Source of the DNA: Zygnema circumcarinatum SAG 698-1b
Taxonomy: Eukaryota > Plantae > Zygnematophyceae
DNA length: 64,000 bases
Reading direction: 5' to 3'
Assembly: GCA_037447605.1 (NCBI GenBank)
Contig: CM074815.1
Coordinates: 806,001 to 870,000 of the forward strand
Both the position numbers and the translations under genes were made by a program. Shown here piece after piece: positions 12,860 through 24,199 of the stretch (position 1 is its first letter; the number at the start of each line of letters is the position of its first letter). Below the pieces are notes generated by a model. That model ran no database searches and was not told the DNA's origin. It saw nothing but the letters and a program-made list of their open reading frames with translations.

Positions 12860-13570
12860 GGTCGATATATCGGAGGGCGTGGATGCAGGTCAATATATCG
12901 GAGGGCGTGGATGCAGGTCAATATATCGGAGGGCGTGGATGCAGGTCAATATATCGGAGGGCGTGGATGCAGGTCAATATATCGGAGGGCGTGGATGCAG
13001 GTCAATATATCGGAGGGTGTGGATGCATGTCAATATATCGGAGGGTGTGGATGCAGGTCAATACATCGTAGGGTGTGGATGCAGGTCAATATATCGTAGG
13101 GTGTGGATGCAGGTCAATATATCGGAGGGCGTGGATGCAGGTCAATATATCGGAGGGCGTGGATGCAGGTCAATATATCGGAGGGCGTGGATGCAGGTCA
13201 ATATATCGGAGAGCGTGGATGCAGGTCGATAAATCGGAGGGCGTTGATGCACGTAGATATATCGGAGGGCGTGGATGCAGGTCGATATATAGGAGGGCGG
13301 TGATGCAGGTCAATATATCGGAGGGCGTGGATGCAGGTCAATACATCGGAGAGCGTGGATGCAGGTCGATAAATCGGAGGGCGTTGATGCACGTAGATAT
13401 ATCGGAGGGCGTGGATGCAGTTCGATATATCGGATGGCGTGGATGTGGTCAATATATCGGACGACCTGGATGCAGGTCAATATATTGGACGGCCTGGATG
13501 CAGGTAGATATATTGGACGGCCTGGATGCAGTAGATATATCGGACGGCCTGGATGCAGGTCGATATACGG
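12860..13570. repeat. 28-bp tandem minisatellite, about 25 copies (GGTCAATATATCGGAGGGCGTGGATGCA)
   Basis: Head-to-tail units without spacers, decaying toward the right end. Confidence 0.97.
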
Positions 13571-14219
13571 AATTGTACGGTACCGTTCACTATCCGTACA
13601 TTGCCTTGTAGCTCGATGGCTCCGTGTCAAGCTTTGACATTTCTCAAAAAAAAATTATTTTTCAAAAACAGTACCTCCTTACCATAGAAACGTCAATCAC
13701 GAGTCAATCAAGAAGTACGCTTTCTCAAAAACTCTCGAACCACAATGTGGAAGTTTGTGACCCCTTGTCCAAATTACGCTGTGTCATACGTCAGCAGTTT
13801 TCCCCTCCTAAATCGACAGATTTTACGTCACTGATGACGTCCTTTCCATCCAATCAGCGCAGGCTTCAAGTACATTCTGCGTCACTTTTCGCGAGAAAGT
13901 GACGTCATTAAACCGCCAGTTTTCTCTTAGCAAACTAGTTGGACAGTGCCCCTGTTATGAAGCCTGCGCTGTGGGCAACCATGGCGGCCTGTCGCCAACT
14001 GTCGACCCCTTCCTCGAGGCTGACCCTGCATTCTTAACGAATTTTCTTGAACCTTCATTTAAAGGATCGGATTTATAAGAAGCTACCTATCTTTCATGCG
14101 CTCGTTAGAAAGCTGAAAACATTGCTATGGTTCATCTTTCACTTATACAGCTGCACGAAGAGTAAGGAAGTTAAGGTGGAGAAGAAGAAGAAGACGAAGG
14201 AGATTTTTCTCCAGCAGAC

Positions 14220-17200
14220 ATGGCCTGGTTGGCTCCGGAAAGTTCTGCACAGCCATGGCCGGAACTTGCAGGGCCTCCTCCCGCCAACTCCTCGTCCCCT
14301 GTGGCGCCGGAATCAGGGCAGGAGGAGGTCTTTGCCAGCCTCTCTATTTTGCTGCAGATTCTGCTTCTCGGGCTCGCTTTTGTTGTAGGCCACCTCCTGC
14401 GCAGACGCAAGTTCTACTACATGCATGAAGCCAGCGCCGCTCTGACCATCGGTATGAAGCAGAACAGAGCAGAATGCAAAAAACGTTTCTTGTAAGGCTT
14501 TGCATATTTGCATGGTCCTCTTCTTCTTAATTCGATCCACGATATACATGTTTCATCCTTCGTCCAAATGAGGAAAACGAGCCAGAGGAACTTGAAGCCT
14601 GCCTCTGTTCCATCTTGCTGGTGTCCAATTTAAACGTGAAATGAGGCAAGTACTGGGAAAGCCGTGCGGTTGAAACCAGAGAGCATTGAGTGCTTGCAAT
14701 GAAGAATCTGTATGTGTATGCAGGCCTTATTGCGGGAGCCATTGCTAATTTATGGAACAAGGAGGATAACTTCAGGTCAGAAGCTTCGGCAGTTGGGAAT
14801 TCACCCCCTCCTTTCTCTTGCTGCTCAAGTTTATTCTCTTGCATTGAGCTTCAAAAACGAGATGGCTCTGTTTCCTGAAGCCTGGCTCAAGCTTTTTTCC
14901 CCTTTGTATTTGGCTATTCTACTGCAGGAAGTGGTTGAACTTTAAGGAACAGTTCTTTTTCCTCTTTCTGCTTCCACCAATCATATTATATCCTCCTTCA
15001 AATTTGGAACGCTGCTTTATAGATCTTGTAACACGCTTTCTTCAGAGCAAATGGTTGCTATCCATCACATTACCCTTCATGTCTGCTCTAATTTCTTAGT
15101 CGACATCGAAGCATAGTCTCTTTGCCCCCAACTCCGCATGCATCTTTGCGAAGTTTGTGTTATAGAATGAAACACGGTCTTTTTCCGCAGTGTCTTCCTT
15201 GACCTTGCATTTGCACTGAGTCGGGATTCAGCCTCCAAGTGGTACGCAATCTATCTTTACTTGCTCGCAAGAGTAGGCCTTTCATTTACGGTTCTCTTTT
15301 TTCCTTTCTATGGTTACTTTATGTGCGTTTCTTAAGTTTGAATGTTCCTTTGCTTGGACAGACTGGAGGCAATGTTTTTATTTAGGAGTTTTTTATGCAC
15401 ATTTGGTGCCTCCTGGTTTAGGTGAATGTTTAGATGGCATTTGGCGGATCCTCTAGATTTAGCATTTGGGTAGAGGAAGGTTAAAAAAATGACTTAAATG
15501 AATTCAAATGACTGTTTGAAACGGCTTCGTGCCCGTCTGAAAAAGCTGGAATGGAGAATTGCATAGTTTCAAGTTTCAACGAGCTGCCTCTGGTTAGACG
15601 TCGCACTCACATCATTCATCTGCGTCTGCAGAAGCCATTTTTTTCAAACTTCGGAGCCATCTGTGCATTTGCGCTTGTTGGAACACTTATATCAGCAGTC
15701 GTTACGGGAATCTTGGTGTAAGTGTTTAATTGCAGAGGTAGAACGTGAAATACTTCCGATGTTCTTTTCCGCATTATGACACTATGGATTTCTGTCATTA
15801 TGCTGTTCCTTCTCAGTAGTTGAGACCCCCTTTTTTTGTCCACATCTCTAGGCATTTCTAGTTGTCGACCTCAAAATACAACCAAGTCTGTTTCTATCTG
15901 TTGTTCATTGCTCTGTTGGGGGCGCCATCTGGACAGGTGGATTGGAGGTTTACTCTTCCTCATGTATAGATTGTCATTTTTAGAAAGCCTGGTCTTTGGA
16001 GCAATTATATCGGCGACTGATCCTGTCTCCGTTTTGGCCATCTTCCAGGTATTTTCTGGCAGCAGTAAAGAATTTGTCAACAGGGTGTGGAAGGTGTGCA
16101 GTTGTAAAGTCGTCTAAGTTGTTAATTTTAGGCATGCAAGCATAATCTGTCACATATGGATCCCCTCAAACATGAGCAGTTGATAATATGATTGCTCAAC
16201 TTGGGCTACTGAGATTTTTGAATGCTAGAGTGTCATTGAAGTGTAGGTCTCGGTTCCCGCATAGATCATATTCAAGGATTTGAGAAGATTTGCAACGTTT
16301 CCTCCAGAATGGCAGTGGAACTATATCTCATGTTTAATGTTTCACCGGGTAATGTTTGAACCGCTAAAAGTGATGAATGCCACTTTTGAGCATTTTGTGT
16401 AACTCTTGTTGACAGGGAGTTTATGCTGCTTTCACTCGTTTGTGGTTGGCTGGGCAGGAGTTGGGTGCAAATACTAATCTTTACGCGCTCGTTTTTGGAG
16501 AGAGTGTGCTAAATGATGCGGTATGAATCCCTCAGCCCTTGTGAGCCAAACATGGCTGCAAACAACCATCTGACATGACACAAATATTCCTATGTTTTTT
16601 AAACATCCATATTTTCATAAATCCTTTTCTATACAAAGTTAATGTTTCCTGAGGTTTTGTTATACCGCAGCATCGTCCTTGTCTCATTGAGTACAGTAAT
16701 CTGCAAGGCATGTTCAAAGAGTCATCATAGTACTTGAGCCAGGTTGCTTCGATTACAGTGCTGACTAGCATATTCCTGTGTGTTCCAGTTTATCAAGTTG
16801 AGGTTTCATTGTAGTAGCCACTAAATCAACTAAACTTCACAGCTTCTTAAGTTCTCCATTTGAACGACCTTGTATGAAAAGACCACTTGAGCAATAACTG
16901 TTGATATTGAAAAAGCGCTGACCTTGCACCTCAAATGCGCTTTTGCAGGTTGCTATTGTCATGTATCGGTGAGGTTGCTTTGCCTCCCATTGGTCGCTAC
17001 CACATGGAGCAGAGATGCACAGACTAGTGGAAGGGAAATGAAAGAGTCACTATTTAATAGGACATGTGGGAAAACAGAAGGAGCTGAGGCCTGAAGACAT
17101 GTGCTGGATTATGATGCATCCTCCAAAAACATAACTGCGCGCTTTTTCCCATACGTTTTTCCAGATATTGAAAAAAGTAAAGAATTTGCATTGGTCTCAC

Positions 17201-20200
17201 GATGGCGATACCATCAAATGTACATGGAAAGAAACAACATGGGAACCAAGAGGAATCGGTCAAGAACAACAGAAAAAAGCTATGAGCTGGAATCTGTTTT
17301 TATTGAAAAACGTAGGACACATGAATGAGCCTGTTTGATGGTTAGGGTTTTCTCCCCCATCAAGCTCAGTGTTCCAGACAACACGGTGACTTCTTATGGT
17401 AATTTTTTAATTCTGACCTGTTGCAGGACTCTTGTGACTATTCTTAAGCATCCTTCAGCTGAGATCAGCCTGTTCCAGTCATTCCAGTACGCAGGGGTTA
17501 CATTTATTGGATCCCTTTCCATTGGTATGCCTCTCTCTCTCCAAAGCCAACTTCAATTCCATGCAAAAAGCATCCTTTGCAAGTGCTCTCTTGGTTTCCA
17601 GCCCAAAACCTGTCATGTGCTTGGCAGCAGGAAAGCTCATTTTCATTTGTTGGTGTCTTCGCTTTTTTAGGGATCGTTTCTGTTTGAAACTTTTTCATTC
17701 CAGATATGGTCAAGTCCTGTTCCACGTCCCAACAACTTTAGTTGAAACATTTTCTGTTTGAATCAGCTTAACTGAGTTGTGTTGTTCTTGAATGCAGGAG
17801 TTGTTGTGGCCTTGACTTGTGCTTTGATATCCTTTCAATCATTTTTTGCGGGTGTGCAAGCGGCATTTTAGATATCGATGGTTTGGTGACTTTTTTAAGT
17901 GATATAAAATGCGTATTCTGCAATTCAATTTGCGATAGGTGCAGTAGTTGCTGATGAGTCATCCTTAGAAGTCAAGCCTTTTAATGTCAAAAATGGAAAA
18001 AAACCGCAATTTTGAGGATGCACAGGCAGCCTTCTCTTTTCCCTTCCTGCACATACTTTCTCCTGTTTTATGTTTTTGGCAAGTTTCTTAGGTGAAACAC
18101 AGTGCCTCAACAAGTCAAAACCAGCCATAAGTTTGGTCCAATCCTAGACCTATTTTTTGCCCATAGCATGTCAGTACCAATGTCAGCAGTCCCTCAGAAC
18201 AGCTGTATCTCCATGTGGCTTGCAATGCTGACCATTTTGGGATAACTTTGAAAGTTTGAATTGTTCTGTGATCGGAAAGTCAATATTTCTTGATGGAAGA
18301 CCTTGACTGCTAAACACCTTTTTAAATATGCAGCGCTGGCAGTGCGCAAGTGAGTATTCCATGCACCAGCTGTCATTGTTCTCTTATGGCAAATAAATTT
18401 GCTGTCTCCACGTTGAGCTCATCGTTCTGTTGTAGCGAGAATTCAAAGTTATACTTGCTTTGCCTTTGCTTGATCCTTGCTAGCCTCCTTATTTGTTGAG
18501 ACATGGGAGAATGATCAATGTAATGGGAATGTTGACTTTTGATGCTTCATCGGGATGAGGTGGGGGTCTACAGCCTTCAGAACTTAGAGTGCTGCCTCAT
18601 TGTGCTCTTTCCCTACATCTCGTAAGTGCAAATTGCCACCGTGCATTTTTTCCATTTTTTTCTACTTGCTTTTGCCGACAGCTTTCTTGACAAGATTTAG
18701 TTGATCTGTCCTGCAAATTTGAGGGAAAGTCTTAGCCGTGACTGACACTTGTGGTTGGGAGGAGAACAGGTATATGGTGGCAGAGGGATTCGCTCTGTCA
18801 GGCATCGTTGCAATTCTGTTTTGCGGTGTGGTGAGTTTATTTACTCTTGTGTGCTTCGGGAAGAAATTGCAAATCTTTGATTTCTCTAGCCAGGGAAGAA
18901 TTTGGTTCATATTGCCTCTCGGATATCAAAAACTTTTGCTTGCTAGTGACTAGGAAGATGCCTTTCAGAGGTAAAATTTGCAGTTTTGTACTTTGCCTAT
19001 GTTCCAAACATGGAAACGTTCAGTACCCTCCTTCTCCCAGTAGATACTTGATCTTCTGTATTGCATGTGGGTATGACGGACAGTTAATGAAGCATTACAC
19101 CTTTCCAAATCTCTCGGATACGGCGCAAATACTCTGTGCCGGCTTCTTCCAACTTATTGCTTCATTGGCAGAAACGTTCACGTGAGCCCCATAGACATTG
19201 CGCATGGTCCTCCTATTTAGTTGTTACTGCTTGAGTGGGTGCATGAATGTTTATTTAGCTCAAACATTGTACGCACCTTTTATGCTGAATATGTACCATC
19301 TAGTCAAGGACAGACAATTGAGAAAGCGAAGGTTCATTTCAATCTTAGTTATTTTACCAGCACGCGGTGGAAACCACACATGCTCACATGTTAGGTTGGG
19401 AAGTACACTTGTTTTCTTTTTGAAAGGGGGATCACTCAAAGTGAGCTTGTTAAAGTCGTATAGACCCGGGCCCCTTTCAATGTGACCTGTAGCATTATTT
19501 GAGAGCTGGAATGCTGCACGAGTTGCAAAAGGACTGCATGCTGTTCTGTCAGATGATGGTTAAGTGGCTGAAGGCGACTAATCCCCACATTTCTGGTTTT
19601 GCAGTTTCATTTACATGGGGGTGGACATAGCATTGGGTGAAGGCCAAAGTTGGTCTCACATCAGCTTCATTGTCTTCTCAGTTGTATCCTTTCCCAGCCA
19701 TGCTGTTTTCTCTGAGGAATGAAAGGCAACTCCAAGTTTTAAGGTTCCCAAACCTATGTTCAGTGCCAATAAGTGACCAGATATTTGGCTTCAGTATATC
19801 TGCACGTTTGTGTCTGAATTAAGCAAGCATGCATGATTTACCATTTCGACCGTCAGGATTCCAAAGAGGTGTTCATCCTTGACTTCAAACGCTCGTGATG
19901 GACTCACAGATCTTCATTTGCATAGCTCGGTATGTAAGCAAACTGAAACTCAACCCTCAATAGACCTGAAAAGATGTCCTTTTACTGTTTCATTGTATCG
20001 TAAAACAACGCAACGTCCCTTCCATGACTAAATGGTGCTGGAAAGAGGGTGGCAGTGATGTTCAGTTGCAGGAAACCTGGAACCAAAATTTCTGATTTTT
20101 CTTCCCTGCCCTGCTTGTGGGACAGAGCGGCAAATGTCTTTCCTATTGCTTACGTTGTCAATCTGTTGCGGCCACGTGGCAAAAGGATACCCAAATCGCA

Positions 20201-22527
20201 CCAAAAGGCCCTTTGGTTTAGTGGTGAGGGCTCTCTCCCTGTCTACTAAACTGTGTAAGTGGGATGCTGTGCACGCGTTGCTGCTTGTCGTTCTGACTGA
20301 AAATATGAGTGATGGTGATGGCCCATGGCTGAATCTGTGAAAACAAAATGCTAGGGAAGGGTAATCTTCCCATAGCTTTCTGTATGTGGTAGATTGAGAG
20401 AATGTGATTATGCTGGTATGTTTCTGTCCTACAATGTGGATGCGGCATACTCCTGCTGCTTTCCTACCCGTCCCCTGTTTCATGGGCAGACTTCCTTTTT
20501 GCATATTTTGGATATTCAACTGTGAATTGATGAGCTATTACTCCAGCTCCTGTTCCCTCAGAGAGGTATGGATGGTAAGGGTGTCACGTCACTGTGCAGG
20601 TCTCAGGGGAGCCATGGCTTTTGCGCTTGCGCTGCAGTCGGTCCACGATCTCCCAAATGGGCATGGTGAAGCCATCTTCACCACCACCACTGTCATTGTC
20701 ATGCTCACAGTAAGTAGCTCCTGCTACTTGTCTCCTCTAAAGGAAAGTGAAAGGCGAGGTGATGGCTCTGTATCGGACTCGTGCTGCACTCAATTACAGA
20801 TTTGTAGAGAGGGTGTGGTAGGTTTTGGGTGCAGGTAAGGAGGCATGTTGACAATTGACCATTCATTTCGTACTTTGATTCGTTTTCCCTTTCGGGGGTT
20901 GGGACAAGAGCAGGTTTTTGTAATTGGAGGATCTACCTCCACTATGCTTGAGGAGCTTGGACTCGGTGGTGACCAAGGAGACAAGTCTGACTTTGATGTA
21001 AGAAAGAGTTTGGAGCTATGCCACTACCGAGAATGGGTCTCGTGAAGGAAGTTGGTTTTCTGTGATGGAGGCGATGCATGAGGATAAAATCATCTGGGGA
21101 TTTATTGTTTTGGAAAGTTTGGACTTAAATACGACTTTGTCTGAGTGTCTTTCTCCTACTCCTGCGTCTTTTCTCCGTCTTACTCCTGTGGAACTCTTTT
21201 ATCATCTATGGCTGCAGAGCGAGGAGGGGTATAATGATGAGCATCGTCCGTTGACAGTTCACATTCAAGACGATGATGATATCGGCCTCATGTCACCCCA
21301 GGACTTGCTCCAACGTCGGCTCCGGCTAATCTCCGAACAGTGAGCTGCAATCGCTTATATTTACGAGAGCGTCAAATCTCTAGCTTTGAATTCCATTTTC
21401 AATTGCAACGGTTGAGAAAGTCAGGAGGAAGCTTTAATGGTTGAGGATGATGAAGAAGAGATTGCTTCTTGACAAATTGAGGCCCCTGTTTCAAGAACAT
21501 GCTGAAATGAAAAAAATGCAAGAGAGAAGGTCGGGAGGGAGGGAAGGGAGGCGGGAAAGGGCTGCTAATCATTTTTCTGGAATGGTTCTTTCTGTCAAAG
21601 TGCAACCATGATAAAGGAAGGTTTGCTTTTGTAGGACGCCTTCATTTACCACACTGGATACAAAGTACATCCGTCCGTTCTTTACAGCTCAGAGTGAAGA
21701 TGGTGATCACCGAAGCGTGGCAGGAGAAAGTGTCAATGGTGAGCGCTCTTTCCAACATTCTGTGTGTTCTATTCTGCCCGTCGTTGTTACATGAAGCTCC
21801 TTATTACTTGTTGGCTTCAAAGTTTCAGACAATCTTCAGATTCTCTAATGAGAAAGGCCTAGCTCAGGGACTATGTCCAGACCGAGCTGCTTTTGGGGAA
21901 TCACCATGTTACTGTTGTAGAGGTGGGAGTCTTTCCATGTTTAGTAAAACAAGTTCGTAGCGTGTCATGGTGTGATGCAGAATACAGTCAGATTTCAGAA
22001 TACTATCAGAACCTTTCCTCTGCCCCTCCTTAAATGGAATGCCCTCCTCCTTATTCAGCCCAGGCCCAGGTAGCTCCTGTAAAGCTTCCAGCTTCCAACC
22101 GATTTACATGCCACATCACAGCACTCCGTCATGACGTGGAGACGGTTCTATGCTGACAGGTGGATAGCTGTATTCTGCCGACCGATGGGTGGCGCCAGAT
22201 TCTGCTCTTGATGACATGCCACACAATTCTGCTTCTCCGGACAATCAAGGGGATGAATCACAGAGGAGGAAGACACAGGCAGAGGAGCGCGGCTTATTGG
22301 GGCCACATGGCCGGCGGCAAAATTCCACCCCAAGCTTTGTCACCTCTACCCGTCAGGCAGAGAGTGTGGTCAAAAGCAGTTCCGCGGAGGATTGGAGCCA
22401 AGTCTTTTCTCAAAGCAGCGGTCACAATGGCATTAAGGAAAATAGGTCGGTTTCGGTACATCTGGCATCATCATCACCTTTCGGTGATGTGAAGCCCAAT
22501 ATCACACATTCGAACAGTTTGCTGTAG
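14220..22527 (+). CDS. NHX6: Endosomal class II Na+(K+)/H+ exchanger, NHX5/NHX6 type, multi-exon with three U12 introns
   Basis: Motifs [12 protein letters not shown]|[77 protein letters not shown]; stop TAG at 22527. Confidence 0.93.
14988..15216 (+). other. U12-type AT-AC intron in NHX
   Basis: Donor ATATCCTCC, branch TTCCTTGAC at 15195-15203, AC acceptor; splicing restores PPIIF-ESGF. Confidence 0.9.
17827..18317 (+). other. U12-type AT-AC intron in NHX
   Basis: Donor ATATCCTTT, branch ACCTTGAC at 18300-18307, AC acceptor; splicing restores TCAL-LFKY. Confidence 0.9.
19684..19909 (+). other. U12-type GT-AG intron in NHX
   Basis: Donor GTATCCTTT, branch TCCTTGAC at 19876-19883; splicing restores FIVFSV-IFICIAR. 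Confidence 0.8.
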
Positions 22528-23328
22528 TGGGTTCTAAGGTCTCTATGGGTACCTGACACGCGCTAGAATGGCCTCTATTCTCTTGTATGAAAATAAGAAG
22601 AGTCGAGGAGGCTGCCATGATTGGAATCAGGAGATGATCAGACCGGATCGAATCGGGCCTGTCATTGAATAGCATTGCGTTTCAGCACATTCCAGGAAGT
22701 CGTATTTTTCTGCTACTGTAGTTAATTAGTTAGTTTAAAAAAAGCTTATGGCTGAGAGTGGATTGGTCTGCCCAAACAAAAAGCATAGCGGGGGCGCTGA
22801 GCAGCTTTGGTAGGGTATCTAGAAGTGGGCTGCTCCCAAGGGTCTTCATGTACGCCTGCACTGTAATGTTGTCAGAACTGAACTGAGCTTGGATGTACCA
22901 TTCACATCGGCAGCGACCAGTGGCACACCCAGAATCCAATCATGCACTTTTGGAGTATGGGATCCCCAGCCCTGATTCCTCTCTCCTTCATCTTTCGGAC
23001 CCTGCTTTGGAGACTCAATTGGCCATGGTGTGCCTGCACTGTATGGCAGAATGCACCGTTGTTATATATGGAGATTGCTTTAGACGTTTGTAAAGGTGGC
23101 CACTCAGATGCCGGTTTTTGGTACAGATTTGTTAGAGCAATGCCTGGTTCTTGAGGCAATGGCTCCATGTGATCTTGAATAATTTTAGGATTTGTGCTTT
23201 GAGCGGTGCTGTGGCGGACCAACCCCTTTGCGTTCAACCTTCTATGGGGAAAACGAAGACTCTCTCACACGCCTCTCTTCAGAATTGAAGTTCAGTACGT
23301 GAATGGAGGCCTTGAACTCGCAATAACG

Positions 23329-23382
23329 CATCATCATCATCATCATCATCATCGTCATCATCATCATCGTCATCGTCATCAT
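23329..23382. repeat. (CAT)n microsatellite
   Basis: Directly visible. Confidence 0.9.
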
Positions 23383-23739
23383 AAACAAACAAAGTGAAAA
23401 GCAAACAAGCTAGCAAGCAACTTTCACAAACTTTCAAGCAAACTAAGTAAACATCGTCTTCCTGCAAACACCAGTGATATAAATTGGAACATTTGGAGCA
23501 ACGTTAAAACTACAGTACACAATTAAAAAGTGAAATAAAGTTACCGGTAAGTGCACACCTTTTCCCTCACTATGGCGGTACGAGCACACCCAGCACTGAC
23601 CCGCCTCTCGAAAGCAATGCGTGACATTAATGACCAACGAACAAAATTCAGTTTTTGGTACCGCGAGCACTTCTCACCACTTAGGCGTCCGTCGGCGGGG
23701 TATCTAATCCATCCAAAGCGTTCCCAGGCTGTATACCTG

Positions 23740-24070
23740 TCCCCGCCCGGCCCGGCCCTCCTGGCGCGGTTCGGTCCCTTCTGGGCCGGCAGGCGCGCGG
23801 GAGGCCGCCACGTGGCAAGGGCTACTTCCGGAAAGGCACTCCACGCGTCATGCTTGCGTTTGCTTTCCTCTCCTGAAGGGAAGGAGAGGGAGGGAGAGGG
23901 AGAGGGAGAGGGAGAGGGAGCGGGAGAAAGGAGAGGGAGAGGGAGGAGAGCTGTCGGGTGGAGAGGGAGGAAAACAGAGGGAAGGGAGGGGAAGGAAGAG
24001 GGGGAGTGGAAAGGTGAGGGAGGAAGCAGAGGTGGAAAAGAGAGGGAGAGGGAGACAGAGAGAGGGAGTG
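23740..24070 (+). promoter_or_regulatory. GC-rich promoter and GA-rich 5' UTR of the PITP gene
   Basis: GCCACGTGGC G-box (~23807), TGGGCC site II and a GA-rich leader. Confidence 0.45.
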
Positions 24071-24199
24071 TCTATGGTGGTGCAGGCCGGGAAAAGTTGA
24101 CGCTGCGCCCACTCAAGTTGCAGGTGCTGTTGGATCAGTTGGAGAGAGCAGTGCCGGAGGGGAAGGTGTTTTGGAAACTGAACTTAGTTGGGAGGAAAA

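Noticed and set aside
12860-13570. CRISPR array, or protein-coding repeat ORFs (GQYIGGRGCRSIYRRAWMQVNISEGVDA)
   Set aside because: The units are head-to-tail with no unique spacers in a eukaryotic context; the ORFs arise because the unit happens to lack + strand stops
13560-13615. Helitron 3' terminus after the minisatellite
   Set aside because: A hairpin is present but there is no clean CTRR end or matching 5' TC terminus
22730-23237. Short ORFs downstream of NHX
   Set aside because: No recognisable motif or splice structure; probably 3' UTR or intergenic
23206-23467. Poly-His and poly-Asp ORFs
   Set aside because: They are translations of a (CAT)n microsatellite, as is the His run at ~7400-7480
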